Positions 43,061-57,740 of a stretch of 64,000 bases of DNA are shown here, piece after piece. This DNA comes from the human T2T-CHM13v2.0 reference genome, Homo sapiens. The stretch lies in assembly GCF_009914755.1 (NCBI RefSeq), contig NC_060932.1; one strand, written 5' to 3'. Position numbers and translations under genes: made by a program. The notes under the pieces were generated by a model. That model worked only from the letters and a program-made list of their open reading frames with translations, did no database searches and was not told the origin of the DNA. The number at the start of each line of letters is the position of its first letter. The first letter of the stretch is position 1.

Positions 43061-44329
43061 ACTACAGGAATATGAGTGCCAGATATTTCCTTTTTAATAG
43101 TTCTGTTCTCATGATAAAAGTTTTTCCTGAGTCTGTGTCTAGGTAGTTTTTAATAAAGAAATCTTTCTCATAACTAGATTTTTTCAGTCTTAATAGCATT
43201 TAACATGACAGGCATTGCATTTGTATGTATTGCTACAGGAAGATTTGATCGTGACTCACATTCTTGTCCTTTTTTCCATTAAAAGTGAGGCTTCTAGCCC
43301 TGTGATTTTAATAAAATTTTTAAACTGTCTGATATCTAAATGCTGTACATTCTGTACCTGGATTTACATTAACAATTAACATTTTTACTTGCCTAATAGA
43401 CTATAAACAGTGGGCCTGAAGTTTTACTTTTATTATTTCTAGCTACTATAACAATCCTAAAGATAGGAAGTCCTTTTCTAAAGATAAAAAAAAATGAAAG
43501 GTTTAAATACTTCATATAAGGTTACAGGACTTCAGTTTTATATGCAAATCAGATATTGATTCTCAAAGTAGGGAGAACTTAAGTTAGTTATTTCAGGGGA
43601 AGTAAACCTTTTATGACTGATCAATATCTCTCTAAGAGGTTTACATTCAATCTTGCAGTTAACTTTGTCAAACAGATCTTTAAATTTTCCTTCAGAACTT
43701 TATGAAAATGAAAAGTTTGAGATTAATCTTAATATTTAATTGCAATGGCATGTGGAACTTCTTTGAAAAAATATAATTTTGAAGGCATAAAATCATTGGC
43801 TAATGAGCTTTGTCCATGAATAAGGCTAGAAACTCACATTTCCAAAAAATTTTTAAATAAGAACAGAAGAGACTGAATAGCATGAAACTTTGTAGTGGCC
43901 TAATGTTAAATACACTGACATTTTTATGGAATGTTTATTTTTCAACTCATTGTAATAAAAGGATGACATACATTATGAAAATGTGTTTATATATGCAATA
44001 TGCATATTGTATATATAAAATATAGAGTCAGCTTAATTCATACCAAATTGTACCTGCCTCCTTTATCAGGATATCACTTATATTTCTTTTAATTTTCATC
44101 AAATACATGTGTAGATGCTATGATATTTGTAAGACAAATTCAGGAGGAAACAATATATAAGTGAATGAATATATTCAACTTTTATGATTTGCCTTAGTTA
44201 ACTTAAAATAAAAAATGTGAATTGCCTCGGGCAAACACATAAATATAATTAATCAATAAATATCTTATTAAAAGCTTATTATGTTTTCAGACCTGTGAGC
44301 AAAACTGAATGAGATGCAGAAGAAATATT

Positions 44330-44640
44330 GTATTAGGGTATTTCAGGCTGCTATAGATAAACACTAAATCTCAGTAGCTTTGCACAATATAATTTTATTT
44401 CTTTCCCACATAATGCTATAAAGGGGTGCTTTTCATTGACAGTTTGTTCTTTTAGTTTAGGAACTCAGGCCTCTACCAAACATTTGCTCTTCAGTCTTTA
44501 TTGTGTGGCTTCCAGGGCCACCTTGGTCCTCTGCATCAAGCTGGATGGGAAAAGGACATTGAGAGTCTTATGTGGAAGGATCTTTTTTGGCACATCCTTC
44601 TGCCTTCTCTTTCATATTCCACTGGGTAGAACTCAGCCAT
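44330..44640 (-). mobile_element. Old MaLR LTR fragment (MLT1J/K-like)
   Basis: tgtattagggtatttcaggctgctat...aatctcagtagctt...ttcatattccactgggtagaactcagccatg. Confidence 0.55.
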
Positions 44641-46047
44641 GAGAACATCGAGTAGACTAGCCTAGACCAGGGGAAGGGTGATCACTTAAAGCCTTTGGTA
44701 GTATTCCCTGACTGTATGACGTGTTACTTCCTGCCTTCTCTAATAGATTTTGCCTATGATGAGAAATGGAAGACCCTTAATCTTAGAGCAAGACAATTGG
44801 AATGTGTTCACTCATTTTTCTACTTTATATAAGCGTAGGCAGGTAATTTAAACTTTATATGCATCATTTCCTTATCCATAAAATGACAAATACATTTCTA
44901 AATAATAATACATCCAAATCTAATATAGTCAGTGATTTTATATCTACCTTAAAGTCTTCTGTATGCTCCTCCAAACTTTATCTACTTTTTGGGTACACAG
45001 CTAGACTACATTTACCAACCTCCCTTGTAGTTAGAGAGACTGCATTTATCTTCAAATATAGTCACATTGGGTGTCAGAGCTTTAATATATACCTTTTTGG
45101 GAGTTGGGGGGGGAGCCATACAATCCATAGCAGTTATTAACATTTAAAAATAAGTCATTTTTACATGAGAGTACAGATCTCTGACTTCTGTAGAAAACTA
45201 CAGGATCTGAATACACTGAACTTCTTTTAATACATGAGAAAAATGGTCTTAAGGGTGAGGTCACAGGTCCCTCCATGTGGGCATGCTCTTTTCAGCTTAC
45301 CACAGTTCCCACCTTATGACACTTGCTTGGACACGATAAGCATTTAATTTTATAATCCCTGTATATAGAGAATCCTGAAAGTGTTCTAGAGTTCTGCTGT
45401 GTAAACCTATATATTTTGAATGTATTTCCCTTTCATCTGCTTGAGGAAGTTGGAGTTATTTTCTTATAGATGAGTTTATTGCAGGTAAGCTTCAATGAAG
45501 TGGCAACTTCTTTGTCCATGGGTAGGATTTACTCATAGCCTGGTAAATCACGAAAAACATCTTCAGGACAGAATTGAAGGGTCAGATAGGTATTTAGGTC
45601 CATGATCTACTCTCCAACTCTACCATAATGCTAAACATTTCTTTGTCCCTAGCATGCTAATTATTTTATGTTTCCCCTCAGCTACTTCTATATTCCATAT
45701 TTAGATACATTTATTTACAGATTTCACATGGTTTTAGACAATAATACTTTTCTACTGAACACACAGACATATGTTGTTGTTTCAATGAGACCCTCAGAAG
45801 TAGGAATATGTTCCACATTACATTTTTGGGACATAGAATATAAATTATAGCATTACAGGCCATTTAGGGGCTCAATCTGAAAAATCATGTCATCTCTAGC
45901 TCTAGCATTTGACTCTTCCATTTCAACCTTCCACGTATTTCACTTCTTGGACACACTACTTTTGGAGACCCAGATCATAGACACTGAATCCATGTACATT
46001 ACCCACCACATCTTGGAAATTCTTGAGAATTAGGTGAAGGAGGCAGC

Positions 46048-46102
46048 TAACTAAGGTTATACACATAAAGTGTATAAGTGTAACTAAGGTTATACACATA
46101 AA
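46048..46102. repeat. 22-bp perfect direct duplication with 11-bp spacer
   Basis: taactaaggttatacacataaa at 46048-46069 and 46081-46102. Confidence 0.9.
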
Positions 46103-47887
46103 AAATGACTTGGGTAAAAGTCTTAGTATTTGGAAATAAATTTTTTATCCACTCCAAAGATGATCTATCCAGAGCACAAATTGGAATAGGATTCCAAATT
46201 TTGTAGTATAGGCTGCATATGTCTACACTTTTGTACTTCTTTGGACCTCAGTATCTTTTCAGGAACAAAATGGGTAGGAGTATCTAGTTAATACAGTTAT
46301 GTAAGATGCATATACATTACTTAGAAGAGTGCCTGGCACATAGCAAGAACTAATGTGTTTTATTAAATGGGGGACAGAATATCCCAGAGGTTAAAATAAT
46401 GGGTTTTGGAGTCAATTTAGTTTTCATTTGTACCGTATATCCTCCACTTCTTAGTTATATGAATTAGGCAAATTATTAAGGTTGCAGTTTCTTTTTGTGC
46501 AGAAGGGTCAATAAAGTATCTCAAATAAAGTATATTGTCAGGTTATATAAATGTGCAATAATACAAAACAGTGTAAAAGATCTTAGTACAATGATTCGAA
46601 TATAACAAGTATCCAGTGAAAAACAGGTAGATGTGTAAAACAGATGATTGTAGAATGTGAGTTACAAACAGAATTTTTTTTTTTTCCTGGGAAGCCTCTA
46701 ATAAATCAGTGGTCAGATTTTAAAAAGATTCGATGCTTGGTGAATGTATCTATACACTGTGAGAAAGTGAATAAAAATGCCTAATATAGAAAATTACATC
46801 ATATTGTGTTGTTTGAATCAATTATGTTACATGAAATAAGATTTTTAAAGTCTATAGAATTTGTCTTGTGTAAAGCATCAATATGGTGTTTTAGGAACAT
46901 TATCCAAGAGAAGAAAAAGCTGTTATAAATATTTCAGAATGTGTTGTTATTATTTACAATGAAAATGAAAAAGACTTTTTAAAAAAGCCTTCTCTTGAGG
47001 ATTTTGATGTTCATTGTCATGCGGCAACTATTGGCTAAGATGTTTGTCAGTGTTCAATTTGAAGTATGATAATTTTTTATAATTATTGAAATAAGCTCTC
47101 AAGATGAATGTTTAGCATTTTTTAAAAAATTGACCAACTTTTCATGGTGTTGTCAATTGAAAATTGAATTAGGTGGATTTTCCAGAAACAAATATCATTA
47201 CCTAACATTTAATGACAATGCTATTCTCTGAATCTTGCTTATTGGCATTTTTGGTATTTGCCATGAATCAAGGTGTAGCTACATATAAGAGTCATCCTGA
47301 GGAATAGATTTAAAAAAGAGAAGCCCACCCAGGGCTCTACTGTTGGAGTTTATGATTATCAATAAATGGATCAGAAATTTTTACTTACAAAAAGCATCGT
47401 AGGTAATTTCAGTGATCTGAATTTGGAAAATGCTCATCTTTTGTTCTTGTAACATATCTTTATTCTAGACCTAAAAAATACTGCCTGCGATTTTAACACA
47501 TGATGGCAAAGATTCAAATAAATACTCTCTCTAGTAATGTAGATGTAAACTATTTTAAATAATTTCAGGGGGATTTTAATTCTGTAGTACATTATATAAA
47601 ACTTTAATCAATTATAGAAATATGAGTTTTAAAAAGACTGAACTTCAAAAATTAAATTTTTGACATTGACATTATCATACATTATCATACATTTTGTATT
47701 TCTTAAAATGTTTCTCACTGAGATTTGGATATTTTTAAAGCACAAAATATTTATATTTTATATTTTTGTTAGTTGCTTCTTAGACTAAATAGTATAGAAT
47801 TGATACGTATATATGGAGTTAAAAATCTTTCTCTTGGAAGCTGTTATCCTATGACACTTACAATTTAATTTCTCTCTTCTTTTTAAG

Positions 47888-48001
47888 CCGGAGTATGAGC
47901 AATATCTTATCAGCTCACGATACATTTATGAAGCAATATCCTAAAGTATTCCTGCACCAAAAACCCAGACTTCCTAAACTTTTCAAACAGGAGGAACAAA
48001 G
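47888..48001 (+). CDS. CNBD1: CNBD1 coding exon 3 (114 nt; RSMSNILSAHDTFMKQYPKVFLHQKPRLPKLFKQEEQ(R))
   Basis: Acceptor tttctctcttctttttaag| and donor AAG|gtaatg; open in phase 2; continues the recognised CNBD1 peptide. Confidence 0.95.
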
Positions 48002-50179
48002 GTAATGATACCTTCTTTTGAAAGCAAGGTTGATGGGTGTGTATGAGTGTGCTTGTGCTCACACAAGTTGAACTCAAAACTGAAAATATTTGACCAGTTT
48101 CAGTCAAATATTTAGTGTGGAGGGCTAGGGAGCAGCCAAGGAAACAGAAATTAGTTGGTAAGGGTAAATTCAATTTTTGTTCAGCAAAAATACGTGTCCA
48201 CTGCTAAAGATCATATTTATTTAAACTTTTTATCAAAGAATTGTTGCCTTTTACTAATGAACGGCAGTGTTTATGAAAGGGATTAAAATATTCTACAGGG
48301 TTTCATGAGAAACTTCCCAATGGAAATGATTAGAGTGTTTGTGGGTGGAGGATATTTGGAGGTGTGTCATGTATCAAGGTATAAATCACAAAGTCATGGG
48401 GCACTGAAAGGCATTTGTGAAGCCTTTTTTACTGGGCTCCTGCTTCTAGGTGGACCTACATTTAGATGTGCTTTATGTATTTTTAAAGTCAAAGAATGAG
48501 ATTACTTAAGGGTGTTGCGGAAGGTGTAACTGCCCTCTCAGTAAAGGATGAAGGTAGATTGCCAGATCACATTGTGATGCAGCTCCTCTCAAATTGTCCC
48601 TGGCTCCAGTGGAACTGTAAGTGTCTTATATCAGTGCAGTACCAGATCTAGAAAGGCATTTTCACTTCCTGGATATAGTTGTCTTTGTTGTTCCTTAAGT
48701 ATCTTACAGTGGATATGGAAACCTCCTACTCCATACTATTCAAGTAGAGTTGATCTGTTCACATCCTTGGCTACCCCACTGCCATACTCCCTAATAACTT
48801 CTATTGCCATATCTGTAAGACTGTATTTTGCTTGTGTGTTTGCTAGTCAGTATTTTTATTTCTGACATTTAGCAGAGGGACTGACCTGTAATTGTGAATA
48901 GTAGATGTGTGTTGCCCCATGGGCAAACTGCTTACTGGCTGTGTAAGGGAGCTGATCAAGAATATGTTTTCATTTATTTATATCAATGATACAAATGTAA
49001 AAATTCAAACAAAATTATTGTAACAAATATGTCTCCAGGGGTTGGAAGATATCAGCATGAGAGACATAGATCTATTTCATTATCCTATACCTTTCTTTTC
49101 TTTATAGCCATAGGGCAGTATTATGTAAAACATACCATATTAGTTGACTGGGAAAAATCTCTGGGAGATGGAGTTGCTCTGCCTTTTCAAGAACAATTCT
49201 GTTAAATTAATAAAATCTTTTGAAAACAGAGATTCAAATATAACTTTTTCCAAGACTGTATCTATCATGTAGATCAAACTACATCCCTAGATGTACATAC
49301 ATCTGGAATGATCATACAGTGCTTATACTGTGATTTATCAAGTTAACATCACTCTAAAAATATCTGATAAAAATATTTTGTACTTTTTGATTCCAAGTAT
49401 ACTCAATTTCTATTCTAATCTTGTTGATTAGAAAGAGACCTGTAAATGTAGCTCTGTCTATAGAATAAGGGACCAAGAGCTTTTATGGATAGCTGATATG
49501 ATCATCTTGCCCTCATATTTATTCATTAATCTACCAGCAGTGGTCTGCTTCTTTAGTTAAGACATTAAACTTTGAGAGGACTTCAGGGAGGCACCCAGTG
49601 GCTGTCAACATACTTGGTAATGAAATACCATCTTCATATTTTTAAGAAAAGAGACAGATCCCAAATGTGTTTTAACAGTAAAACTGTGGTTTAAATGTGA
49701 AAATAAAGAGTGGACTGCCAAATACACAAGAACTAGGACGATACACTATACTAATTAAGATTTGTTTAAGTGTCTGAAAAGCCAATAAAATTAGCTTAAG
49801 AATCAAGGGGAATTTTAAGAATCACATTTTAGAAATGTTTTGCTGTAGAGCTAACTTCACCATTAAATGATGGCATTGGGACTCAGTTTCCTCTGTATCT
49901 CTGCCTCCTCTTTGCTGGGTTGGTTTCATCGTCACACATCATGTAATAGGTCTGGGAAGACCACATTCATTTATTTTACTGTTCAGGTGAGAATGGAGGT
50001 GTTCTGAAACAGGCCCAGCAGGAGATTCACTGAAATCTCTAAATTATATCATATCCCTGTATTGTCACTGTTGTGAATTTGCCAATCTTGAACCACATGC
50101 CCACCTGAAGAGTGGGGAATATTGTTGACACTATATGAAGCACATGGGATAAGATTAGAAGAGAGAAAGTGGAAGCTCA

Positions 50180-50506
<327 letters not shown>

Positions 50507-51591
50507 CCCCTTAAACTGAATTAAATAGAATTTCCTAAAGTATATTAAGAAAATTGTGAATTTTCTTCTAAGCTTAGTATACATAGTTCCCACATTCAGT
50601 GTGATATATCTATAGATACCCTGATGATTGAAACTCAGCTTATGTAAATCCAAGAAATTTTTAAAGGAATAAAACTGATGAGGAAACTTTCATGTTAGCA
50701 GACATGAAATACCTACACTGTTAACATTTACACTATTACAGTTATTGATCAACAATATTTACCTGTTATCATTGTCATATATTTAACACTGTAATTCATT
50801 TAACACAAATATTATGTGACAGCTACAACAGCAAGTAAGGCACCTGCCTGGTTGTGGGCAGCTGGTGATGCCAGGTCATTTGATAAATATTGAAGGAAGA
50901 CAGTCATGTTCAAGGAGAGTAGGAGAAATGCTACATAGAAATGTTAAGTCCATGTGGAGCAAGGCACACAGATGAAAATAAGCAGAAGACCTGGCTGAGA
51001 CGTTGAGAAACAATTCTATATGGGCAAAAATTGAAGAATAGGATAAGAAGATGAAGTATTGCTTGGGACTTTGATCATTATTTAAAATTTATTTTATTCA
51101 TGGATTGATAAGAAGGTAAAATTTTGGTATATTCATATATGTAGGAAATCAAATAGAAAAGAATCTGTGTTGTTTTAAAAAGAACACTCAGTGTTGACCC
51201 AGAAGACTTGGTTTTGTGTTTTTGTTTCACTCAATAGCAGAAACATGACTTTGAAGAAAGAAGTCTGTTAACTCACACTCAGGTTTTACTCAGAAAAGGG
51301 CAGACAATATTAATCCCCTACTTCAGAGTTATGCATTGAAAAAACTTTTAAATTGTGCTAGTTTTCATTATTATCATGCACTATAAATGGCAATGATGTT
51401 TTATGTACATTATACCATCTGTCAAGAAATTGACCTTTTTTCAAACAGATTAAACAACCGCAACAAAAAGAGGCAAACTTCACCTTATATAAAGTACCAG
51501 TATGTTTAAAGGGGGCTGTGAAATGAAATGATTTCCATATTCCAATGGCCAGATGAAATTAACAATGTTGTGATTATCATCATAAGAATTC

Positions 51592-51875
<284 letters not shown>

Positions 51876-52349
51876 AAGAATTCTTTTTGATGATACTGTA
51901 CAATAATTGACTTACCTGTTCCCAATAAACATAATGGTCATTTTTTTTAAAACAACAACAACAAAATGTGATTGCCATTTTGAGCCATCTTAACTCATTA
52001 CAGAAAGATGGGCCATAATCCAGATTTACATCTATATCTTATATTTAGAATACATAATTGTAAAGGTACTAATTTAAACAAAATGCTAGTTTTTATGTAA
52101 ATAGGGAGCCCTTTTGCTTTCCACATATTCTATGCTTATTTTAGAACTTTCTTTTTCACAAAAATTATAACTTCACTAACTTTTGATATTTTCATTTACT
52201 TTTTAATGACAGTCTTGGAAGTATCGTAAAGCTAGATGGTTTCCTGAGAATAGTGCAGTTAAAGGGACTTTGGTAAATAGTTTACATTTTTTAAATGTAA
52301 TTGTAACTTTCTACACTTGAAAAATTCCTAAATAAACATTGCAGTGTGG

Positions 52350-52438
52350 TTTTTTTTTTATTATACTTTCAGTTCTAGGGTACATGTGCACAACGTGCAG
52401 GTTTGTTACATATGTATACATGTGCCATGTTGGTGTGC
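52350..52438 (-). mobile_element. About 90-bp L1PA 3' terminus
   Basis: ttattatactttcagttctagggtacatgtgcacaacgtgcaggtttgttac; TSD aacattgcagtg at 52335-52346 and 52439-52450. Confidence 0.92.
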
Positions 52439-53520
52439 AACATTGCAGTGATTTTTACTCAGAATATGTAAACTGCAGCTCAATCTGTTTGCCTTTGAAC
52501 ATTTACTCAAATTTATACTCTCCAAACTTTATTGTCAGTACTATGATGAGAAATATTTTTAAAATCTGAGAACCCTGGCTTAAGATAGAAAGTTATGATG
52601 CTTGTAGTTTAAATACATAGAAGAGAAACATTCTGCCGTCAAGAAATCTTCCGATTTTGTGTTAAATTGGACAGTATAACCACCCTTTTCTATATTGACA
52701 TCCAACTGTTTCTTTTATTAATTAATCCAATTACTTACCAAGTAGCTATTATATAGCAGGCACTGTGCTAGTGTAGAGTAAGATGAATGTGGTCCTTGCT
52801 CCTCTAGAGTTTATGAGTCAGATCTTCTCAAGGGAGACAGCCTTAAGCAATAATCCTGCTAATAATAATTTAAGCACGATTTGTCTTCATGAATTCATCT
52901 TTCAGTTTTTAGATCGGATCATGAATTAGTCCAGGCTTTTAGTTGTAATCGAAATTGGACTCAAAGGAACATAAGTTCCTCTGAGGAACATTAAAAAAAA
53001 GTTGCCTATTGATTCGCCTAACCTACTGGAGGATGGGAAAAGCCAGCCTTAGAGAAAAGGGATACAAGATCTGGAGTGCTTGTCGGACTCTCTACTTCTC
53101 ATCCCTGCTCATATTTGTAGATTATCCCAATTCCCTCTTGGTGATTGTGACCTTTCTCCGTGTGGCAGGGAACATGGTTACCAGGAACTTTGAACTTGTA
53201 ACACCTGTAACACTGGAGAGAAAAAGGAATTTTTTTCAACCAGAATAATCCTGAAAAAGGATTGAGATTGGCTGCCCAGTGGCATAGAACCTGTTAGCAA
53301 AAGAAATGGGGGAGGGGGAGCATCCTGCACAAAGAAGATAGCCACTGTAAACAATGAGTGCTTTCCTAGGTGTAAGATAAATTAATACATATAGTCACAG
53401 TAAAATTGCTACATTGTTTACTTCAATACATTTAATATCTACCCTTTAAGCAATAAGAAAAGACATAGATTTTTAATCAATGTGTGTTTAGGTCAGTTTA
53501 TGTCAGGAGTGAAAAAGAAA

Positions 53521-54185
53521 TGAAGTGGAGTCATTGTCTGGGGTAATACCCAAGGTTTGTTCCATGACCACGGAAAACTAGGACGTGGACACAACAGAGT
53601 GAGGTTAAGAGCAGAGGTTTAATAGACAAAAGAAAGGGAAAAGTTCTCTCCTGCAGAGAGACGGGGTCCCAAGTGGGTCTTCTGGTCCCCAGTGAAGTGC
53701 AGGAGGTTTTATAGATGAGCTTGAGGAGGTGGTGTTTGATTTACACAGGGCACAAAAAATTGGTCGGATCAGGTATGCTATTTACATAACACGAAGAACT
53801 GGTTAGGATTAGTTGTGCTGTTTGCATATCCCACGAAGAAGCTGGCTACCTCACCCTAATCTTTTATTATGCAAAAGGATTCTCTACTTCACCATGTTGC
53901 CTGCTTTTCTACTGTACATGTGGTGACAAAGAAAAGGGAAGATGGAGCCTCCATGTTGAACATACCTGGTTTCCAGGTAGCCCTTTTCTATTGGCACAGC
54001 TGTTGGCATTCACCCATGCAAGCTTTTAGCTTGCTTATCTATGTTTGCAGCTGGATTACTTTCAGGCTGCTCTTTGTTAGAAAAGAAATTATTTGGGGGC
54101 TGCTTTTTGTTAAAAGGCAAGCCTTGCTGAGGACTCCTTCACCCTCACTATCTGCCTAAATAATTTCTTTTTAGCTCCCATATCA
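53521..54185 (-). mobile_element. Solo ERV1 LTR, LTR9 family
   Basis: Minus strand TGATATGGGAGCTAAAAAGAAATTATTTAGGCAGATAGTGAGGG...GGGTATTACCCCAGACAATGACTCCACTTCA. Confidence 0.8.
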
Positions 54186-54282
54186 AAAGTTTAAGGAAAT
54201 GTTAGTAATTGAGGAAACAAATAGTAAGCATCCAAAGAATTATGGAAACCTTTGTTAAAAATGTATTTATTCAAAATGTGGC

Positions 54283-54865
54283 TTTTTATTGATACATAGT
54301 AGATGTATGTATTTTTGGACATGTGATATTTTGATAAATTTATATTGTGTATAATAATCAAATCATGGTAGTTGAAATATTTATTACCTTAAACATTTAT
54401 CTATGCTGGGAACATTTGAATTATTCTCTACTAGCTATTTTGAAATATACAGTAGATTATTGCTTACTGTAGTCACAAAGAAAGAAGTGATATTATCCTT
54501 GTTCATAAATGACATGAGCTTATATTTAGAAAACCTTAAAGATTCCATCAAAAACTGTTAGAAATGATAAAATAATTCAGTAAAATTGCAGGATACAAGA
54601 GCAACGTAAAAAATCAGTAGCATTTATATATGCCAACAGCAAACAATCTGAAAAAGAAATCAAGAAAGCAATCCCATTTACAATAGACACAAAAATTGTA
54701 AAATGCCTAGGAAAATATTTAACCAAAGAAGTTAAAGATCTCTACTAGGAAAACTATAAATTTTAATGCTGATGAAAAAAATTAAAGAGGACACAAAAAA
54801 GTAAGAAGATATTCCATGCCCCGGACTGCAAGAATAATATTATTAAAATGTCAGTATTACGCAAA
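54283..54865. mobile_element. L1MA insertion with 5' inversion
   Basis: Reverse 3' UTR (54283-54476) joined to a forward ORF2 segment (54477-54865); flanking caaaatgtgRc repeat at 54272 and 54862. Confidence 0.75.
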
Positions 54866-55202
54866 ATGTGACATTTTTATGGGGGTGGAAATTGAAGTAT
54901 TTACAAAGAAGGCTGCTTACTTGTTATAATTTTATTTGACTTTTATAAAAATGTTATCAGATTTTGACCATTTTAGTTCCAGAAGGGGTTAGTCAGCATT
55001 AAAATATCAAAAAAATTTTAAAAAATTCAGATTAACTTTAACAATGTATAGTATTTGTACTAGATTGGTAGATATTAGGCAAAATGTTTATCAATGAGGG
55101 GTACATTTTTCTAGAGGGTGCAGACCAAAAATAATGTGGCAGAAGCTAAGGGGAAACCAATGATGTATTTGAATTATTAGCTATAATACTTCTTCCAATA
55201 TG

Positions 55203-57391
55203 CAGTCATGCACTGCATAACAACATTTCAGCCAACAGTGGATCACATATACCATGGTGGTCCCATAAAATTAAAATGGGGCTGAAAAATTACCTATCAC
55301 TCAGGGACTTCATAGCTGCCTGTAATGTCATACTTTAACATATTACTTATGTTTTTATGATGATGTCAATGTAAACAAATCTATTGTGCTGCCAGTTATA
55401 TAAAAATATAGCACACACAATTATGTATAGTACATAATACTTGATAATGATGACTAAAGACTATATTATTTATGTATTTACTATAACTTTTATTGTTATT
55501 TTAGAGTGTATTTATTCTATTTATATTTTAAAAAAAAGGTTAATTGTAAAACAACCTCAGACAGTCCCTTCAGGAGGGATTCCAGAAGAAGGCATTGTTA
55601 TCATAGGAAATGACAGCTCTGTGTGTGTTATTGTCCCTGAAGACCTTCCAGGGGGACAAGACATGGGTGTGGAAGACAGTGATATCAATGATCCTGACCC
55701 TGTATAGGCCTAGGCTAATGTTTGTAATTGTGTATGTGTAACAACAACAAAAAGAGCTTAAAAAGTAAAAATAAAAATAAAAAATTTTAAAAATAGAAAA
55801 ATGCTTATAGGATAAAGATAGAAACAAAGAGCATATTTTTGTACAGCTGTACAATGTGTGTTTTAAGCTAAGTGTTTTTGCAAGAGTAAAGACATTAAAC
55901 ACAATGAAAAATCTTATAAAGTCAAAATGTTACAATAAGCAAAGGGTAATTTGTTATTGAAGAAAGAAAAATATTTTACAAATAAATCTAGTGTAGCCTA
56001 AGTGTACAGTGTTTTTAAATTCTGTATTCACATACAGTAATGTCCTACTCACTCACTGACTCACCCAGAGCAACTTCCACTACTGCAGGCTCCATTTAAG
56101 GGAAGTGCCCTTTACAGATATACCATTTTACATTGTTAATCCTGTATTTTAATTTAGCTCTACCTTTTTTGTGTTTAGATATGCTTAGATACGTAAATAC
56201 TTACCATTGTTATCGGGGGAACCTGCCCCCGATAATTCTTCATTATTTCACATAGGTTATTTTCTATTTTCCCTAAGTGTTGGCTGGTCTGAGAAATAAA
56301 GGGAAAAAGCACAAAAGAGAGAAATTTTAAAGCTGGGTGTCTGGGGGAGACATCACATGTCGGCGGGTTCTGTGATGCCCCCTGAGCCATAAAACAAGCA
56401 AGTTTTTATTAGCAATTTTCAAAGGGGAGGGAATGCACAAATAGGGTGTTGTTCACAGAGATCACATGCTTCAAGGGCAACAAAAGATCACAAGGCAGAA
56501 GGTCAGAGCGAAACTAGAATCACTAATGAAGTAGACTTGTCCCGCTGTGCACGCATTGTCAGGGTTCAAGAGCAGAGAACCTGTCTGAGTAGAATTCGCC
56601 AGGCTGGAATTTCCTAATCCTAGCAAGCGTGGGGGTGCTGCAGGAGACTAGGGTGTGTTTCATCCCTATCTACATCTGCATAAGGCAGAACCTCCCAGGG
56701 CAGCCATTTTAGAGGCCCCGCCCTGGGAATGCATTCTTTTCCCAGGGTTGTTAATTATTAATATTCCTTACTGGGGAAAGAATTCAGTGATATTTCTCTT
56801 ACCCGTTTTCAGTCATAAGAGAAATATGGCTCTGTCCCACCCAGCCCACAGGCAGCCAGACTTTAAGATTATTTCCCTTGTTCCCTGAAAATCGCTGTTA
56901 TCCTGTTCTTAAGGTGCCCAGATTTGTTATTGTTCAAACACACATGCTTTACAATTTGTTCAGTTAACGCAATCATCACAGGGTCCTGAGGCGACATACA
57001 TCCTCCTCAGTTTATGCAGATGACAGGATTAAGAGATTAAAATAAAGACAGACATAGGAAATCACAAGAGTATTGATTGGGGAAGTGATGAATGTCCATG
57101 AAATCTTCACAATTTATGTTCTTCTGCCATGGCTTCAGCCAGTCCCTCCGTTCAGGGTCCCTGACTTCCCGCAACACATTGTGTTGCAATTGCTTATAAT
57201 ATTTGGTACAGTAACATGCTGTACAGGTTTGTCGCCTAGAAGCCATAGGCTATACCATATTAGCTTAGGTGTATAGCAGGCTATACCATTTATGTTTGTG
57301 TAAGCACGCTCTATGATGTTTACCCAATGACAGAATTTCCAAATGATGCATTTCTCAGAAAGTATCCCTATCATTAGTCAACATATGACTG
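55203..57391 (+). mobile_element. Tigger3b-like DNA transposon split by MER11
   Basis: Termini cagtcatg...atatgactg|ta; ggtggtcccataa; ORF 55441-55707 ending EDSDINDPDPV is Tigger3-derived. Confidence 0.88.
56211..57176 (-). mobile_element. MER11 solo LTR (ERVK class)
   Basis: Minus strand TGTTGCGGGAAGTCAGGGACCCTGAACGGAGGGAC...GGTTCCCCCGATA; perfect 6-bp TSD cattgt at 56205-56210 and 57177-57182. Confidence 0.92.
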
Positions 57392-57740
57392 TATTCAGAT
57401 TACTCAATTAATCAAAATGAAAGTTGGTTAATTTTGAAGAAAATGTTAAATTAAAAGTCAGATATATAATATTAAGTGAAGAAGTTTCTTTTTGTAAAGA
57501 GTTAAAAGCAAAAATGAAAAAAATCTTGAATGATATCTACCTAATCTACACTTCCCTTAAGCTATATACTTAACAAAATCAATATTATTTTATCTAAAGT
57601 GCACTCTCAGAAAGAAAAAAGAGCAGAATAGTTGATTAATATGAATTGAATGCTTGAGCAAATGTATCAAATGGAATAGTAAAGAAGAAACATGCTTAAC
57701 TCAAAATGGCACATGTCTAGCATAGAAAAAAGATTGTAAT

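Noticed and set aside
45470-45484. 15-nt micro-exon (ag|ATGAGTTTATTGCAG|gtaagc)
   Set aside because: Weak acceptor, immediate in-frame stop, and expected by chance in a 17-kb intron.
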